Shown here one piece after another: positions 41,713 through 51,882 of a DNA stretch of 64,000 nucleotides. The DNA comes from Bacteroidales bacterium (GTDB lineage Bacteria > Bacteroidota > Bacteroidia > Bacteroidales > GCA-2711565), in NCBI GenBank assembly GCA_963678785.1, contig OY787449.1, forward strand, positions 448,704 to 512,703. Direction: 5' to 3'. Below the pieces are notes generated by a model, which worked only from the letters and a program-made list of their open reading frames with translations, had not been told where the DNA came from and searched no databases. The translations under genes and the position numbers were made by a program. Within the stretch, counting starts at the first letter, position 1, and each line of letters begins with the position of its first letter.

Positions 41713-42072
41713 TTAGCTCTTAACTTTGAGCTTTTGCATTAAACTATTTATTTGTTTTTGAAGCTTGTTCAAACTGTTCAATAAAATCTTATGTTCATCA
41801 TCTTTACTGATCCCAATTTCTACCAAAATTAAGATTTGTGTTTCAACTTCAAATGCAGATCCTAAAGCAATTTCAAGGAATCAATAAAAATCCTTTTGAC
41901 TATTTCTACTGCATCCCTCAGCAATATTTGAAGGAATTGAAACTACTGCTCTTGAAACCTGACTTCTAAGGCCATATCTCTCATGTTCAGGTATTCTTTC
42001 GAGGATCTCATAAACTTTCTTTACGATGCCCATACTCTCCTGCCATATTAATAAGGTTTTAAAATCCCTCAT
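41713..42072 (-). pseudogene. four-helix-bundle protein (23S rRNA intervening-sequence protein family) with an in-frame TGA
   Basis: ORF 41881..42072 ends ...AEGCSRNSQKDFY-TGA. The same frame continues FLEIALGSAFEVETQILILVEIGIS...KLKVKS, giving the full ~119-codon family length. Confidence 0.6.
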
Positions 42073-42189
42073 AATAAATTTCTATTAGACCATTCTATTA
42101 GTAAATAATCGACTTTCTAATTTCAAATTAGGTTTAACACCAATATATTCTAATTAGATAATATCCAATAGCGAAGAGCTTACAGCCAG

Positions 42190-43524
42190 TTATCTTCTCC
42201 CTACATTGCGCATCATATTCATCATATTCTTGCCTTTTCCACCCGTCATCATTTTCATCATTTTACTGGTTTCCCCAAATTGTTTAATCAATCTGTTGAC
42301 CTCCTGAATATTTGATCCACTTCCCTGGGCAATTCTTTTTCGCCGACTTCCATTCAATAATTTTGGGTTTTCACGTTCGTCGGGGGTCATCGAATGTATA
42401 ATGGCTTCAATACCCTTAAAAGCATCATCATCAATTTCGGTATCTTTTATTGCTTTGCTCATTCCAGGAATCATTCCCATGAGGTCTTTCACATTACCCA
42501 TCTTTTTAATCTGTTTGATTTGTGAAAGAAAATCGTTGAAATTAAACTGATTTTTGGCAATTTTTCTTTGAAGCTTTTTGGCTTCTTCAACATCGTATTG
42601 TTCCTGTGCTTTCTCTACCAGGGAAACAATATCACCCATCCCCAAAATACGATCAGCCATTCGGCTTGGATGAAATACATCCAGGGCATCCATTTTCTCA
42701 CCAATACCAACAAACTTAATTGGCTTATTAACTACAGAACGCACTGTCAAGGCAGCTCCACCACGTGTATCACCATCCAGCTTTGTTAAAACAACACCGT
42801 CATAATCCAAACGCTCATTAAAGGCTTTCGCAGTATTTACAGCATCCTGACCCGTCATTGAGTCAACCACAAATAAAGTTTCCTGAGGATTGATGGTTTT
42901 TTTGATGGATGATATCTCATTCATCATCTCATCATCAATGGCCAATCGTCCGGCCGTATCCACAATAACCATATTCAGGCCTTTGTCTTTGGCATGACTG
43001 ATGGCATGTTTGGCAATTTTAACCGGATTTTTACTTTCTTCTTCAGTATAAACCTCAACGCCTATTTGTTCACCCAATACCTGCAACTGTTTGATTGCCG
43101 CAGGACGGTAAACGTCACCTGCAACCAATAAAGGTTTCTTTCCTTTTTTGGTTTTCAGGTAATTGGCCAGCTTGGCCGAAAAAGTTGTTTTACCAGAACC
43201 TTGCAAACCTGCAACCAAAACGATGGCAGGACTTCCTTTTTCATTGATGTCAACTTTTTCAGATCCCATCAATCGGGCAAGTTCATCATGAACCACCTTC
43301 ACCATTAATTGACCTGGTGAAACCGCTGTCAACACATCCTGACCTAAAGCTTTAGCTTTTACCTCCTCGGTAAATTTTTTGGCAATTTTATAGCTAACAT
43401 CCGCATCTAATAGTGCTTTACGCACATCTTTCAATGTTTCAGCAACATTAATTTCTGTAATATAACCCTGCCCTTTTAATAACTTAAACGAGCGATCCAG
43501 TCTTTCCGATAAACCTTCAAACAT
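42190..43524 (-). CDS. ffh: signal recognition particle protein
   Basis: 444 aa with the NG domain (GLQGSGKTT, DTAGR, TKLDG) and a Met-rich M domain. Confidence 0.95.
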   Translation of the reverse strand: MFEGLSERLDRSFKLLKGQGYITEINVAETLKDVRKALLDADVSYKIAKKFTEEVKAKALGQDVLTAVSPGQLMVKVVHDELARLMGSEKVDINEKGSPAIVLVAGLQGSGKTTFSAKLANYLKTKKGKKPLLVAGDVYRPAAIKQLQVLGEQIGVEVYTEEESKNPVKIAKHAISHAKDKGLNMVIVDTAGRLAIDDEMMNEISSIKKTINPQETLFVVDSMTGQDAVNTAKAFNERLDYDGVVLTKLDGDTRGGAALTVRSVVNKPIKFVGIGEKMDALDVFHPSRMADRILGMGDIVSLVEKAQEQYDVEEAKKLQRKIAKNQFNFNDFLSQIKQIKKMGNVKDLMGMIPGMSKAIKDTEIDDDAFKGIEAIIHSMTPDERENPKLLNGSRRKRIAQGSGSNIQEVNRLIKQFGETSKMMKMMTGGKGKNMMNMMRNVGRR

Positions 43525-43877
43525 ATTCTCTATTTTTTTTAAGGCTACAAAATTAACAATTTGTAATGAATAATTGTTGATTTATAATAGGGTGTATTAA
43601 AATACCTCAAAGAGAACAGAAATTTTTAGGTTCCAATAGTCTGTCAAACAAAAAACCTATTAAAAAAATCTGACCTGATTTGATAAAAAAGCAATTTCTT
43701 ATAAATTTACATCGCAAAAGAATGGCATCTTTGAGATGATTTCCATCAGGTTAACAATCATAACCTTTATAAAAACAACCATGAGCTGTGATTCCTTAAG
43801 ATAAGGGGGGGTACTCAAAACAAATTAAGAACGCGAAAGCCGAAAAGCGCACAGAGTAGGCCCTAAAAAAACCAACT

Positions 43878-44396
43878 ATGAAAAAAATTTTATTGATGAT
43901 GGCTATAAGTATCATGGCCGTAAGTACTGCATTCTCTCAAATTGAATTTGGGATTGGTACCACTGCAGGAACAAAATTAAAGCTAAACGACAAGGGTGAA
44001 ACCCAAATGAATATCGGAATCAATGGCAGGGGGCTTTTTGAACTCAGCGACCAGTTCTTTTTAAGCGGAGGATATACCTTCTTCCTTACCTATAGCTTTG
44101 ATAACAATATAGGCAATTATACCATCGAGCATAATTACAACTATGCCTTAATCAATGCCGATTTAAACTATTATTTTCTGGATGAAATTGATTTTCTGAT
44201 TTATGGGATGGGAGGTTTAAATTACGGAATGACCCGCATAAAAATAAAGCAAAGCGGATTACCCGACATTAAAGATACCGAAGGACATTTTGATTTTGAG
44301 TTGGGAGCCGGCATCCGGATAGAAAGTTTATTCGGAGAAATTAAATATAATAATGCTCATGAAAATCTTCTTTTCACCATTGGTGTCTATTTATAA
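43878..44396 (+). CDS. small outer-membrane beta-barrel protein (paralog 1)
   Basis: 172 aa with a signal peptide, alternating beta-strand pattern and an aromatic C-terminus (IGVYL). It is a paralog of 44829..45335. Confidence 0.6.
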   Translation: MKKILLMMAISIMAVSTAFSQIEFGIGTTAGTKLKLNDKGETQMNIGINGRGLFELSDQFFLSGGYTFFLTYSFDNNIGNYTIEHNYNYALINADLNYYFLDEIDFLIYGMGGLNYGMTRIKIKQSGLPDIKDTEGHFDFELGAGIRIESLFGEIKYNNAHENLLFTIGVYL

Positions 44397-44412
44397 TTAA
44401 TTAAGGTTTGTG

Positions 44413-44452
44413 AGAGGGGAAGGCTTCCCAGTAAAGGGAAGCCTTCCCCTCT
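44413..44452 (+). terminator. stem-loop terminator
   Basis: Perfect 17-bp GC-rich stem AGAGGGGAAGGCTTCCC / GGGAAGCCTTCCCCTCT with the 6-nt loop AGTAAA, starting 17 nt after the stop codon. Confidence 0.75.
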
Positions 44453-44828
44453 TAGTATGTAAAATTGATCACTTATTCTCTTTTTAAACATTCCTTTTTA
44501 TACAATCACTTTTTTTTGATCCATATTTATAAGGATTTTTAACAAAATTTCAATCTAAATTTTGTTAAAAAAAAATATTAACATATTTTTACTTACAATT
44601 GTTATCGTTGTTATAGTTATATAAAATACTATTTCCCAGAGCAATCCGCACCAAAAATTCTCACTAACACTTTAAACATAGGCTATGTCTACGCATACTT
44701 TTTGGCTTTTATAGCCAACAAATATTACTTAAGAATAAGAATCAAAAATAAATCGACAATTAAAAGAGAACCTAACTAATCGCAAAAATTGAAAAACGAA
44801 AAGAGCAAACCTAATTAAGAAATTAAGC

Positions 44829-45335
44829 ATGAAGAAATCATTATTTTTATTTGTGGTATTAATGTTTATAGCTAATACCGCATTTTCTAAAGTTCAACTA
44901 GGTTTGGGAATCATGGCAGGAACCAAATCAAAAGTGGACTATAAACAAGCCAGAAGTGTAAATGGTGGATTTCATTCCAGAGTCTTGCTTGATCTGACTG
45001 ATCAAATATTTATAAGCAGCGGATTTTCATATTACCTACCCTATAAATACAATTATCAAAGACGAAATAACACTTTTAATAATGTGGGTTTCAATGCCGA
45101 CCTCAATTATAATCTTTTAGATAATGGAGAAATAATTCTCTATGGTTTAGGAGGAGCTAACCTGGATTTAAAAAGCTCAAAATACACAGAAAATGGGGAA
45201 GTTATAAAAAACCCAAGCGAATCAAAATATGGTTTTGAATTTGGTGCCGGAATCAGAATTGAGTGCTGTTTTGCTGAAGTTAAATTCGATCAGAATAAAA
45301 AGCAAATCCAAATTTTTATTGGGCTTTACCTATAA
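44829..45335 (+). CDS. small outer-membrane beta-barrel protein (paralog 2)
   Basis: 168 aa, collinear with paralog 1 (GLGIMAGTKSK.., FNADLNYN.., YGLGGANL.., FEFGAGIRIE.., IGLYL). Confidence 0.6.
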   Translation: MKKSLFLFVVLMFIANTAFSKVQLGLGIMAGTKSKVDYKQARSVNGGFHSRVLLDLTDQIFISSGFSYYLPYKYNYQRRNNTFNNVGFNADLNYNLLDNGEIILYGLGGANLDLKSSKYTENGEVIKNPSESKYGFEFGAGIRIECCFAEVKFDQNKKQIQIFIGLYL

Positions 45336-45454
45336 ACCAAAACCTTAAATTGATATAAAATTTACTCAAAAACTGCAACTGTTTTTTAGCTTCGGTTTTT
45401 TTATGTAAGAATCCTTACTTTTACCAATGATTGAATTTGCATCTATGATTAAAA

Positions 45455-45787
45455 ATGGCATCAATGGATAAAAAAGAGATAGAACAAAAGATTGTAAGCG
45501 AGATTTTAAAAACCGAAAAAATCATTGAAGAGTATAAAGAGCTGAGCAAACCTGTTGCTCCCGACGATTCTATCGGTCGTATTTCGCGCATGAATGCCAT
45601 CAACAATAAGAGTGTAACTGAGGCTTCGCTGCGAAAGGCTGAAGACAAATTAAGGGGATTAAAGCATGTATATTCTCAGCTCGACACCAAAGAATTTGGT
45701 AAATGTATCAGGTGCGGAAAACCCATTCCATTGGGTCGCATCTTATTCAGACCAGAAAGTGTTTACTGTGTAAATTGCGCCAGATAA
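45455..45787 (+). CDS. TraR/DksA-family C4 zinc-finger protein
   Basis: 110 aa with a coiled-coil N-terminus and CIRCGKPIPLGRILFRPESVYCVNC. Confidence 0.8.
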   Translation: MASMDKKEIEQKIVSEILKTEKIIEEYKELSKPVAPDDSIGRISRMNAINNKSVTEASLRKAEDKLRGLKHVYSQLDTKEFGKCIRCGKPIPLGRILFRPESVYCVNCAR

Positions 45788-45789
45788 AG

Positions 45790-47007
45790 ATGAATATAGC
45801 CATTATTGGAGGAGGCGCAGCCGGCTTTTTTGCAGCCATCAGTGCCAAAGAAAACCACCCAAAGGCCCAGCTCGTTATTTTCGAGAAATCCAAAAACTTA
45901 CTTTCAAAGGTTAAGATTTCAGGTGGTGGTAGATGCAACCTCACCAATGGATGCACCTCAATTAGTGAATTGAGCAAAGCTTACCCCCGTGGCGGTAAAA
46001 AGCTTAAAAAAGCCTTTCAAACCTTTAATACAAAGCATGCTTTTGAATGGTTCGAATCAAGAGGAGTTCCGCTGGTCATTCAGGATGATAATTGCGTATT
46101 TCCTCAATCTCAGGATTCACAGAGTATCATCGACTGTTTTTTAAGGGAAGCCAAAAGATTATCGGTAAAAATTAAAACAGCTTCGGAAATCAAGCAAATT
46201 GAACCTTTGCACAACCAACTTCAATTGCATTTTAAAGATGAGAATCAAAGCTCACAAATTTTTGATAAAGTAATTGTTACCACCGGTGGTTCTCCCCAAA
46301 GAAGCGGTCTGATTTGGCTGGAAGAATTGGGTCATAAAATTGTAGATCCGGTCCCTTCTTTATTCACTTTTAATATGCCCAATGAAGATATAACAAAATT
46401 AATGGGAATTGTTGTTGAAAATGCAATGGTGAGTATACAGGGAAGTAAACTAAAAAGTGAGGGGCCTTTGCTCATCACCCATTGGGGAATGAGCGGACCA
46501 GCCATTTTAAAACTTTCATCCTTCGGAGCAAGGACCTTGAGTGAAATGAATTACGATTTTAAAATTCAGGTTAATTGGGCCAATGAAGCCAATAATATGG
46601 AAGTTTATGACGCCCTTCAAAACATTTCACAAAAGCATCCACATAAATTATTATCAAACTTCCGCCCTTATAGTTTATCAGAACGCTTGTGGCTATTTTT
46701 ATTGAAAAAGTGTGATTTATCTCCTCATAAAAAGTGGGGAGAACTAGGAAAAAAAGGATGGAATAAATTAAGTAATATTCTCACAAACGACATTTATTCA
46801 GCACAAGGAAAAACAACTTTCAGAGAAGAGTTTGTGACTTGCGGCGGAGTGAGCCTGCAAGACATTGACTTTTCAAGTATGCAAAGTAAAATTTGTAAAA
46901 ACTTATATTTTGCAGGTGAAGTTTTAGACATAGACGCCATCACAGGAGGTTATAATTTGCAAGCCGCCTGGACCACAGGATTTATTGCCGGAAAGCTAGA
47001 TGAATAA
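45790..47007 (+). CDS. BaiN/HI0933-family NAD(P)/FAD-dependent oxidoreductase
   Basis: It has MNIAIIGGGAAGFFAAISA, SGGGRCNLTN and a C-terminal ITGGYNLQAAWTTG. I moved the start from 45703 to ATG 45790, 3 nt after the upstream stop. Confidence 0.85.
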   Translation: MNIAIIGGGAAGFFAAISAKENHPKAQLVIFEKSKNLLSKVKISGGGRCNLTNGCTSISELSKAYPRGGKKLKKAFQTFNTKHAFEWFESRGVPLVIQDDNCVFPQSQDSQSIIDCFLREAKRLSVKIKTASEIKQIEPLHNQLQLHFKDENQSSQIFDKVIVTTGGSPQRSGLIWLEELGHKIVDPVPSLFTFNMPNEDITKLMGIVVENAMVSIQGSKLKSEGPLLITHWGMSGPAILKLSSFGARTLSEMNYDFKIQVNWANEANNMEVYDALQNISQKHPHKLLSNFRPYSLSERLWLFLLKKCDLSPHKKWGELGKKGWNKLSNILTNDIYSAQGKTTFREEFVTCGGVSLQDIDFSSMQSKICKNLYFAGEVLDIDAITGGYNLQAAWTTGFIAGKLDE

Positions 47008-47032
47008 AAGTTTTCAAAAGATACTGAAAAGT

Positions 47033-47055
47033 CTTCAGAGACTTCATCTCTGAAG
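47033..47055 (+). terminator. short stem-loop after the BaiN-like gene
   Basis: 9-bp stem CTTCAGAGA / TCTCTGAAG with a 5-nt loop. Confidence 0.4.
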
Positions 47056-47057
47056 GA

Positions 47058-47708
47058 TTGGTAGAATCAATAAAAGGAATTTTAACCGGTGGAAGCGTAG
47101 GTGCCATTTTAAACAGTTGGCAAGGTTTTTTAATCGGGGTGGTAACCGGAAGTATTTTAGGGGCTTTCATTGGCAGTTCATTGGCGAAAGTTTTCGAATG
47201 GGTTTTAGAGCAAATTCATTTAATGCTTAATCTACGTATAATTAAATTCGACCTGACACTTGAAGATGTTTCGCCGCAAATGGCTAATACTTTAACACCC
47301 AACTTTTTACTGATACGCTATGGACGTGATGAGGTTATTCAGCTAAGCGTAAGAAGCAAACAGGATATTTTAGCTAGCCGCTTAAGAAATAAGATTTATA
47401 AAGTTGAAACAATTTATGATAAATCTGGCAGAAGACTTATCATGAGATTTAAAATGAAACGACATATTACTTATGGCGTCCAGTTTAAATTATTTTTTAC
47501 TGATTCATCTATTGATCAATTAAAACCCATACTCGAAAAATCATCATTTATCAAAGAATTTAATCCCGGAGGTGGAGATGATTGTAAAATATGGACACTC
47601 ATCAGTAACAAGACCAAAGCTACCGAGCTGAAGAAAAGCAATGGTTTTACCATTGCAGAAGTTAAATCCATCGAAGGAATTCCAAACAACTTTATTTATC
47701 CAAAATAA
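47058..47708 (+). CDS. hypothetical protein with N-terminal glycine-zipper membrane segment
   Basis: 216-aa ORF with only a TTG start available. It has a Gly-rich hydrophobic N-terminus (GGSVGAILNSWQGFLIGVVTGSILGAFIGSS) and an unrecognised C-terminal domain. Confidence 0.4.
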   Translation: MVESIKGILTGGSVGAILNSWQGFLIGVVTGSILGAFIGSSLAKVFEWVLEQIHLMLNLRIIKFDLTLEDVSPQMANTLTPNFLLIRYGRDEVIQLSVRSKQDILASRLRNKIYKVETIYDKSGRRLIMRFKMKRHITYGVQFKLFFTDSSIDQLKPILEKSSFIKEFNPGGGDDCKIWTLISNKTKATELKKSNGFTIAEVKSIEGIPNNFIYPK

Positions 47709-47853
47709 ACTGAAGTTCATCAATTTATACTTTTATTTTATAACTTAGCAAGGCGTGAAGAACAATTCTCAAGCCTCGCCTCATACTACCTGAGAATTTA
47801 GGAGCGGATTCATAACTCATATGCTATGATTAAAAATCCAAATTCTAAATATC

Positions 47854-48579
47854 ATGAAGGAACTTTCAAAACTAGCCTTTGCATTTCTGATGCTTGTAAC
47901 ATTTCATTCCTATGGTCAGGATTTTTCGGAACTCTTTGATGATAGAGATGGTAAAACCTACAAAACCATTCAACTCGGAAATCAGATTTGGATGGCAGAA
48001 AACCTAAAATTCTGGGTCGAAAAAGACTCTCCCTATTATGTGGGTGTATCACATTTTTACGATGGTTCAAATCAAAACTACACTCTACACGGGCGACTTT
48101 ACCCCTGGGAGGTTGCGATAAAAGCCTGCCCTGAGGGCTGGCATTTGCCAAGCATCGAAGAATGGATTGGCATGATCAATAGTTTTGGTAATTTATTCGA
48201 TGAAAATCATCGCATCCCAACAAAAAAGCAGTCATCAAAAGCAGAAGTTAAAAGAAGAAAAGCCCTCTATAAAGAAATTTTTCAGGCACTTCAAATCGAT
48301 GGAAGTTCCGGCTTTAATGTTTCCTATGGAGGTTCACGTGACCCGAATACTTTTCAGGGCGTGAGTTTGTCAACCATGAGGAGTTATTACTCGGGGCTTG
48401 GCACCATCGGCCGGTATTGGTCGGCAGATGATGACATACAAAAAGGAATGTTTAAAAAACTAAAAGCGAAAGTATTTATATTCACTAAATGGGGAAAATC
48501 ATTTGGTTATCAACCCATCCGAAAAAGCATCGGGTGTTCTGTAAGATGTGTTAAGAATGATGAGAACCCGAAAAAGTAA
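47854..48579 (+). CDS. secreted Fibrobacter succinogenes major paralogous (FISH) domain protein
   Basis: 241 aa with a signal peptide, QIWMAENLKF, GRLYPWEVA, CPEGWHLPSIEEW and GCSVRCVKN. Confidence 0.7.
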   Translation: MKELSKLAFAFLMLVTFHSYGQDFSELFDDRDGKTYKTIQLGNQIWMAENLKFWVEKDSPYYVGVSHFYDGSNQNYTLHGRLYPWEVAIKACPEGWHLPSIEEWIGMINSFGNLFDENHRIPTKKQSSKAEVKRRKALYKEIFQALQIDGSSGFNVSYGGSRDPNTFQGVSLSTMRSYYSGLGTIGRYWSADDDIQKGMFKKLKAKVFIFTKWGKSFGYQPIRKSIGCSVRCVKNDENPKK

Positions 48580-48606
48580 AATAGTTAAAATAAAACCAGA
48601 TAAGCC

Positions 48607-49749
48607 ATGTGTAAACTCAGAGCCACTACCGCCTTAAAATGGATTTTACCCATCATTTTATTCGTCTTTAATTTACAGGCCACTCATGCCCAGGAAAGTA
48701 TGAAATCTTATCAATCCGAAACTTCAAAATACACCACAGAAATTGTAGTACCCGGCCTTCAAATTCCATGGGGAATGGCTTTTTTACCTGATGGAAGCAT
48801 GCTTATAACTGAAAAATCAGGTACACTCATCCATTTTAAAAACAATCAAAAAATAAATATTGAAGGATTGCCTGAAATCTATGTACGTGGTCAGGGTGGA
48901 TTATTGGATGTCGAACTTCATCCTGATTATGAAAACAACGGATGGATTTATTTCTCATACGGGTCGGCCGAAGGTGAGGGTGATGGAGGAAATACCGCCA
49001 TCATGCGTGCGAAGCTAAAAAGCAATGAACTAACTGAAAAACAATTGCTTTACAAAGCAGTTCCCAACACCAAAAGAGGCGCACATTGGGGTTCGCGCCT
49101 GGAATTCGACAATGAAGGATATCTTTATTTTTCGATTGGGGATCGCTACAATCGGGATGTAAATCCACAAAACATCAAACTGGATGGAGGTAAAATTTAC
49201 CGCATTCATGACGATGGCCGCATCCCTACCGACAATCCATTCATCCATACAGAAGGAGCAAAAAAAGCCATCTTTAGTTATGGTCATCGAAATCCACAAA
49301 GCATGGTTAGGCATCCCGAAACAGGCAAAATATGGATCACTGAGCACGGTCCAAAAGGAGGTGACGAAATCAACATCATCGAAAAAGGAGAAAATTATGG
49401 ATGGCCAATTGCCACTTACGGAATTAACTATAATGGAAGCATCATCACCGAAACCAAAAAAATGAAAGGCGTGACAAATCCTCTCTTCTATTGGATTCCA
49501 TCCATTGCCCCCAGTGGAATGTGTTTCATTACTTCAGATAATTATCCTGAGTGGAAAGGAAATTTATTGGTTGGTTCACTTGTATTTCAGTACCTTGAAC
49601 GCCTTGAAATTAAAAAGAATAAAGTGGTCAAACGCGAACGTTTATTTCAGGACATCGGGCGCATGCGCAATGTCCGTCAGGGACCTGATGGTTACCTTTA
49701 TATGGGCGTTGAAGGCATCGGCATTGTTAAAATCATTCCTAAAAAATAA
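48607..49749 (+). CDS. PQQ-dependent (soluble) sugar dehydrogenase, YliI/sorbosone dehydrogenase-like
   Basis: 380 aa, a beta-propeller with PWGMAFLPDGSMLITEK, GGLLDV, HWGSRLEFD, HRNPQ and EHGPKGGDEIN. Confidence 0.85.
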   Translation: MCKLRATTALKWILPIILFVFNLQATHAQESMKSYQSETSKYTTEIVVPGLQIPWGMAFLPDGSMLITEKSGTLIHFKNNQKINIEGLPEIYVRGQGGLLDVELHPDYENNGWIYFSYGSAEGEGDGGNTAIMRAKLKSNELTEKQLLYKAVPNTKRGAHWGSRLEFDNEGYLYFSIGDRYNRDVNPQNIKLDGGKIYRIHDDGRIPTDNPFIHTEGAKKAIFSYGHRNPQSMVRHPETGKIWITEHGPKGGDEINIIEKGENYGWPIATYGINYNGSIITETKKMKGVTNPLFYWIPSIAPSGMCFITSDNYPEWKGNLLVGSLVFQYLERLEIKKNKVVKRERLFQDIGRMRNVRQGPDGYLYMGVEGIGIVKIIPKK

Positions 49750-49752
49750 CAC

Positions 49753-50232
49753 ATGAAAAAGCACACCATGGTCATCGTAATCGTCCTGCCTGCCATCCTT
49801 AGTATTTATGGATTTTCAGCAACAACAAATAGCAAGCAGGATAAAGAACAACAGCAAGCACAGCTGGCCAAAAGCATGGAAGAGGGCGAAATGATTTATA
49901 TGGATTTCTGCATTACCTGCCACCGGGCAGATGGCAGGGGCATCAAAGGAGTTAACCCTCCCCTGGCGCAATCCGATTTTTTACTGAATAAAAGAGCAGC
50001 CAGTATCCGGGCCGTTAAATACGGACAAAAAGGCGAAGTCATCGTAAATGGGGTAACTTACAATGGATTGATGGCTCCGCAAGGGTTGGATGACCAGGAA
50101 GTGGCAGATGTGATGAATTACATCCTGAACAGCTGGGGCAATCAATCTGAAAAAATGGTTAGCATTAAAGAAGTTGCAGCCATTAAAGAAACCACCATCG
50201 ATGAAGGATTAATTTTAAAACCTGTTCAATAG
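49753..50232 (+). CDS. c-type cytochrome
   Basis: 159 aa with a signal peptide, the haem motif CITCH and a distal Met region. It starts 4 nt after the dehydrogenase stop. Confidence 0.8.
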   Translation: MKKHTMVIVIVLPAILSIYGFSATTNSKQDKEQQQAQLAKSMEEGEMIYMDFCITCHRADGRGIKGVNPPLAQSDFLLNKRAASIRAVKYGQKGEVIVNGVTYNGLMAPQGLDDQEVADVMNYILNSWGNQSEKMVSIKEVAAIKETTIDEGLILKPVQ

Positions 50233-50439
50233 AAGCAGGCTTATTGGCCTGATTTAAATTTTATGTCACCTCAAAAGGTAACCCTATTAAGTTATGAGCG
50301 TATAAAAGTTTATCAATCAGCTTTTAAGTTTTTATTTCTATCTCTTTTTCATTCCCATTCAACCAACCAATTCTATTCTAATAAGTTTATAGCAAGGATT
50401 ACATTCTATATCAAAACAATTGGTTTTTAATATTGAAAT

Positions 50440-51882
50440 ATGTTGAATGACAAAAATTTCCTGAAGAAACTTCGCATCCGTAAATTCGATGCGCAAACCG
50501 AAAAAGAATTCAATAGCGATTACAATAAAAAATCTGTGACTGCAGTCCAGTTAACGCTCGGGCTGATCCTTTTCATTGGGATCATCCCTTATGCGGCACT
50601 CGATAAAATTATCATCCCCGAAACTTTCAGAATTGCATGGTTCATCCGTTTCGGTATTTGGACTCCTGTTATTTTAATTTCACTTTATTTATCATTTAAG
50701 CCTTTAATGATTAAGCACCTTCAACGGATAGCAATCATTGCAAATCTTACTTTATGTTATGGCGTACTGATCATGATTTTAATGACCGAAAAATCAGAAA
50801 TTGGCTTCACCAAATATTATGCGGGATTAACTGTGACTCTATCAACCATGATCATGCTAAGAATCAGATACAAAGCCGGAATATGGATTCTTTTTTCAGT
50901 CATCTTTTCCTATTTAATCATTGCTGTTTTTAAGCAAAAAATGCACCTTCCACATGAAAACCCAAATTTCCAGGCCATTCTGATTAATAACATCTATTTT
51001 TTATTCTCAGTAGCCCTGGCCATCGGAATTGCAGTATACATGTTAGAAATATATACCCGTTTCAATTTCTGGCACCGCAAGCAACTCATTAAAGAAAAAT
51101 ACCTGATTCAGGAAAAAACCGAACAAATAAAAAAACAGAACGAGCAGATTAGAATTCAGAGTCAGGAAGTGGCCGAGATATATCAAACCAAAAACAAATT
51201 ATTTTCGATAATTGCGCACGACTTAAAAAACCCCTTCAATTCAATCATCGGGTTTTCTGACCTTTTGTTGGAAAGTTGTGAGAACAATGATCAAAAAGCC
51301 GTAAAAAGATTCAGCCGAATCATCCGCGACACCTCCACCAATACCTTCGATCTTTTAAACAACCTCCTGGACTGGTCAAAAATACAAACCAACAAAATCA
51401 CCCTCAATCCACAGGAAATAAACATCAAGGATTTGGTAGATGAGATGGTGGAATACATGTATGATTTTGCAAAACAAAAAGGAATACTACTGCAAGCCGA
51501 AACTTTTGTAACGATAAACATTTGGGCCGATCTGACTATGATTCAAACTGTTTTGAGAAACCTGATCTCCAATGCAATAAAATATTCGAGCAAGGGAGAT
51601 GTCATAGAAATTAAGATAGCCAACTACAACCGTGAACTAAAAATAAGTGTGAGCGATACCGGATTAGGCATTCCGGACGAAGACAAAAAAAAACTTTTTA
51701 AAATCAGCGATAGCATTTCCAAACTGGGCACCAATAACGAAAAAGGCACGGGTTTAGGGCTGCTGCTTTGTCAAAATTTTATCAAACTTCATGAGGGTAA
51801 AATCTGGGTCGACAGTATCGAAGGCAAAGGATCCACTTTTAGCTTCACCCTCCCAAAAATTAAAAACCCAGATTCAAACTAA
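50440..51882 (+). CDS. membrane sensor histidine kinase
   Basis: 480 aa with a multi-TM N-terminus, a coiled coil, H-box AHDLKNPFNSIIGF, N-box LISNAIKYS, and G-boxes DTGLGIP and GTGLGL. Confidence 0.88.
   Translation: MLNDKNFLKKLRIRKFDAQTEKEFNSDYNKKSVTAVQLTLGLILFIGIIPYAALDKIIIPETFRIAWFIRFGIWTPVILISLYLSFKPLMIKHLQRIAIIANLTLCYGVLIMILMTEKSEIGFTKYYAGLTVTLSTMIMLRIRYKAGIWILFSVIFSYLIIAVFKQKMHLPHENPNFQAILINNIYFLFSVALAIGIAVYMLEIYTRFNFWHRKQLIKEKYLIQEKTEQIKKQNEQIRIQSQEVAEIYQTKNKLFSIIAHDLKNPFNSIIGFSDLLLESCENNDQKAVKRFSRIIRDTSTNTFDLLNNLLDWSKIQTNKITLNPQEINIKDLVDEMVEYMYDFAKQKGILLQAETFVTINIWADLTMIQTVLRNLISNAIKYSSKGDVIEIKIANYNRELKISVSDTGLGIPDEDKKKLFKISDSISKLGTNNEKGTGLGLLLCQNFIKLHEGKIWVDSIEGKGSTFSFTLPKIKNPDSN

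Noticed and set aside
41881-41883. The in-frame TGA could be selenocysteine or programmed readthrough.
   Set aside because: I see no SECIS-like hairpin immediately downstream. This family is not known to contain selenoproteins, so a nonsense mutation or base-call error is simpler.
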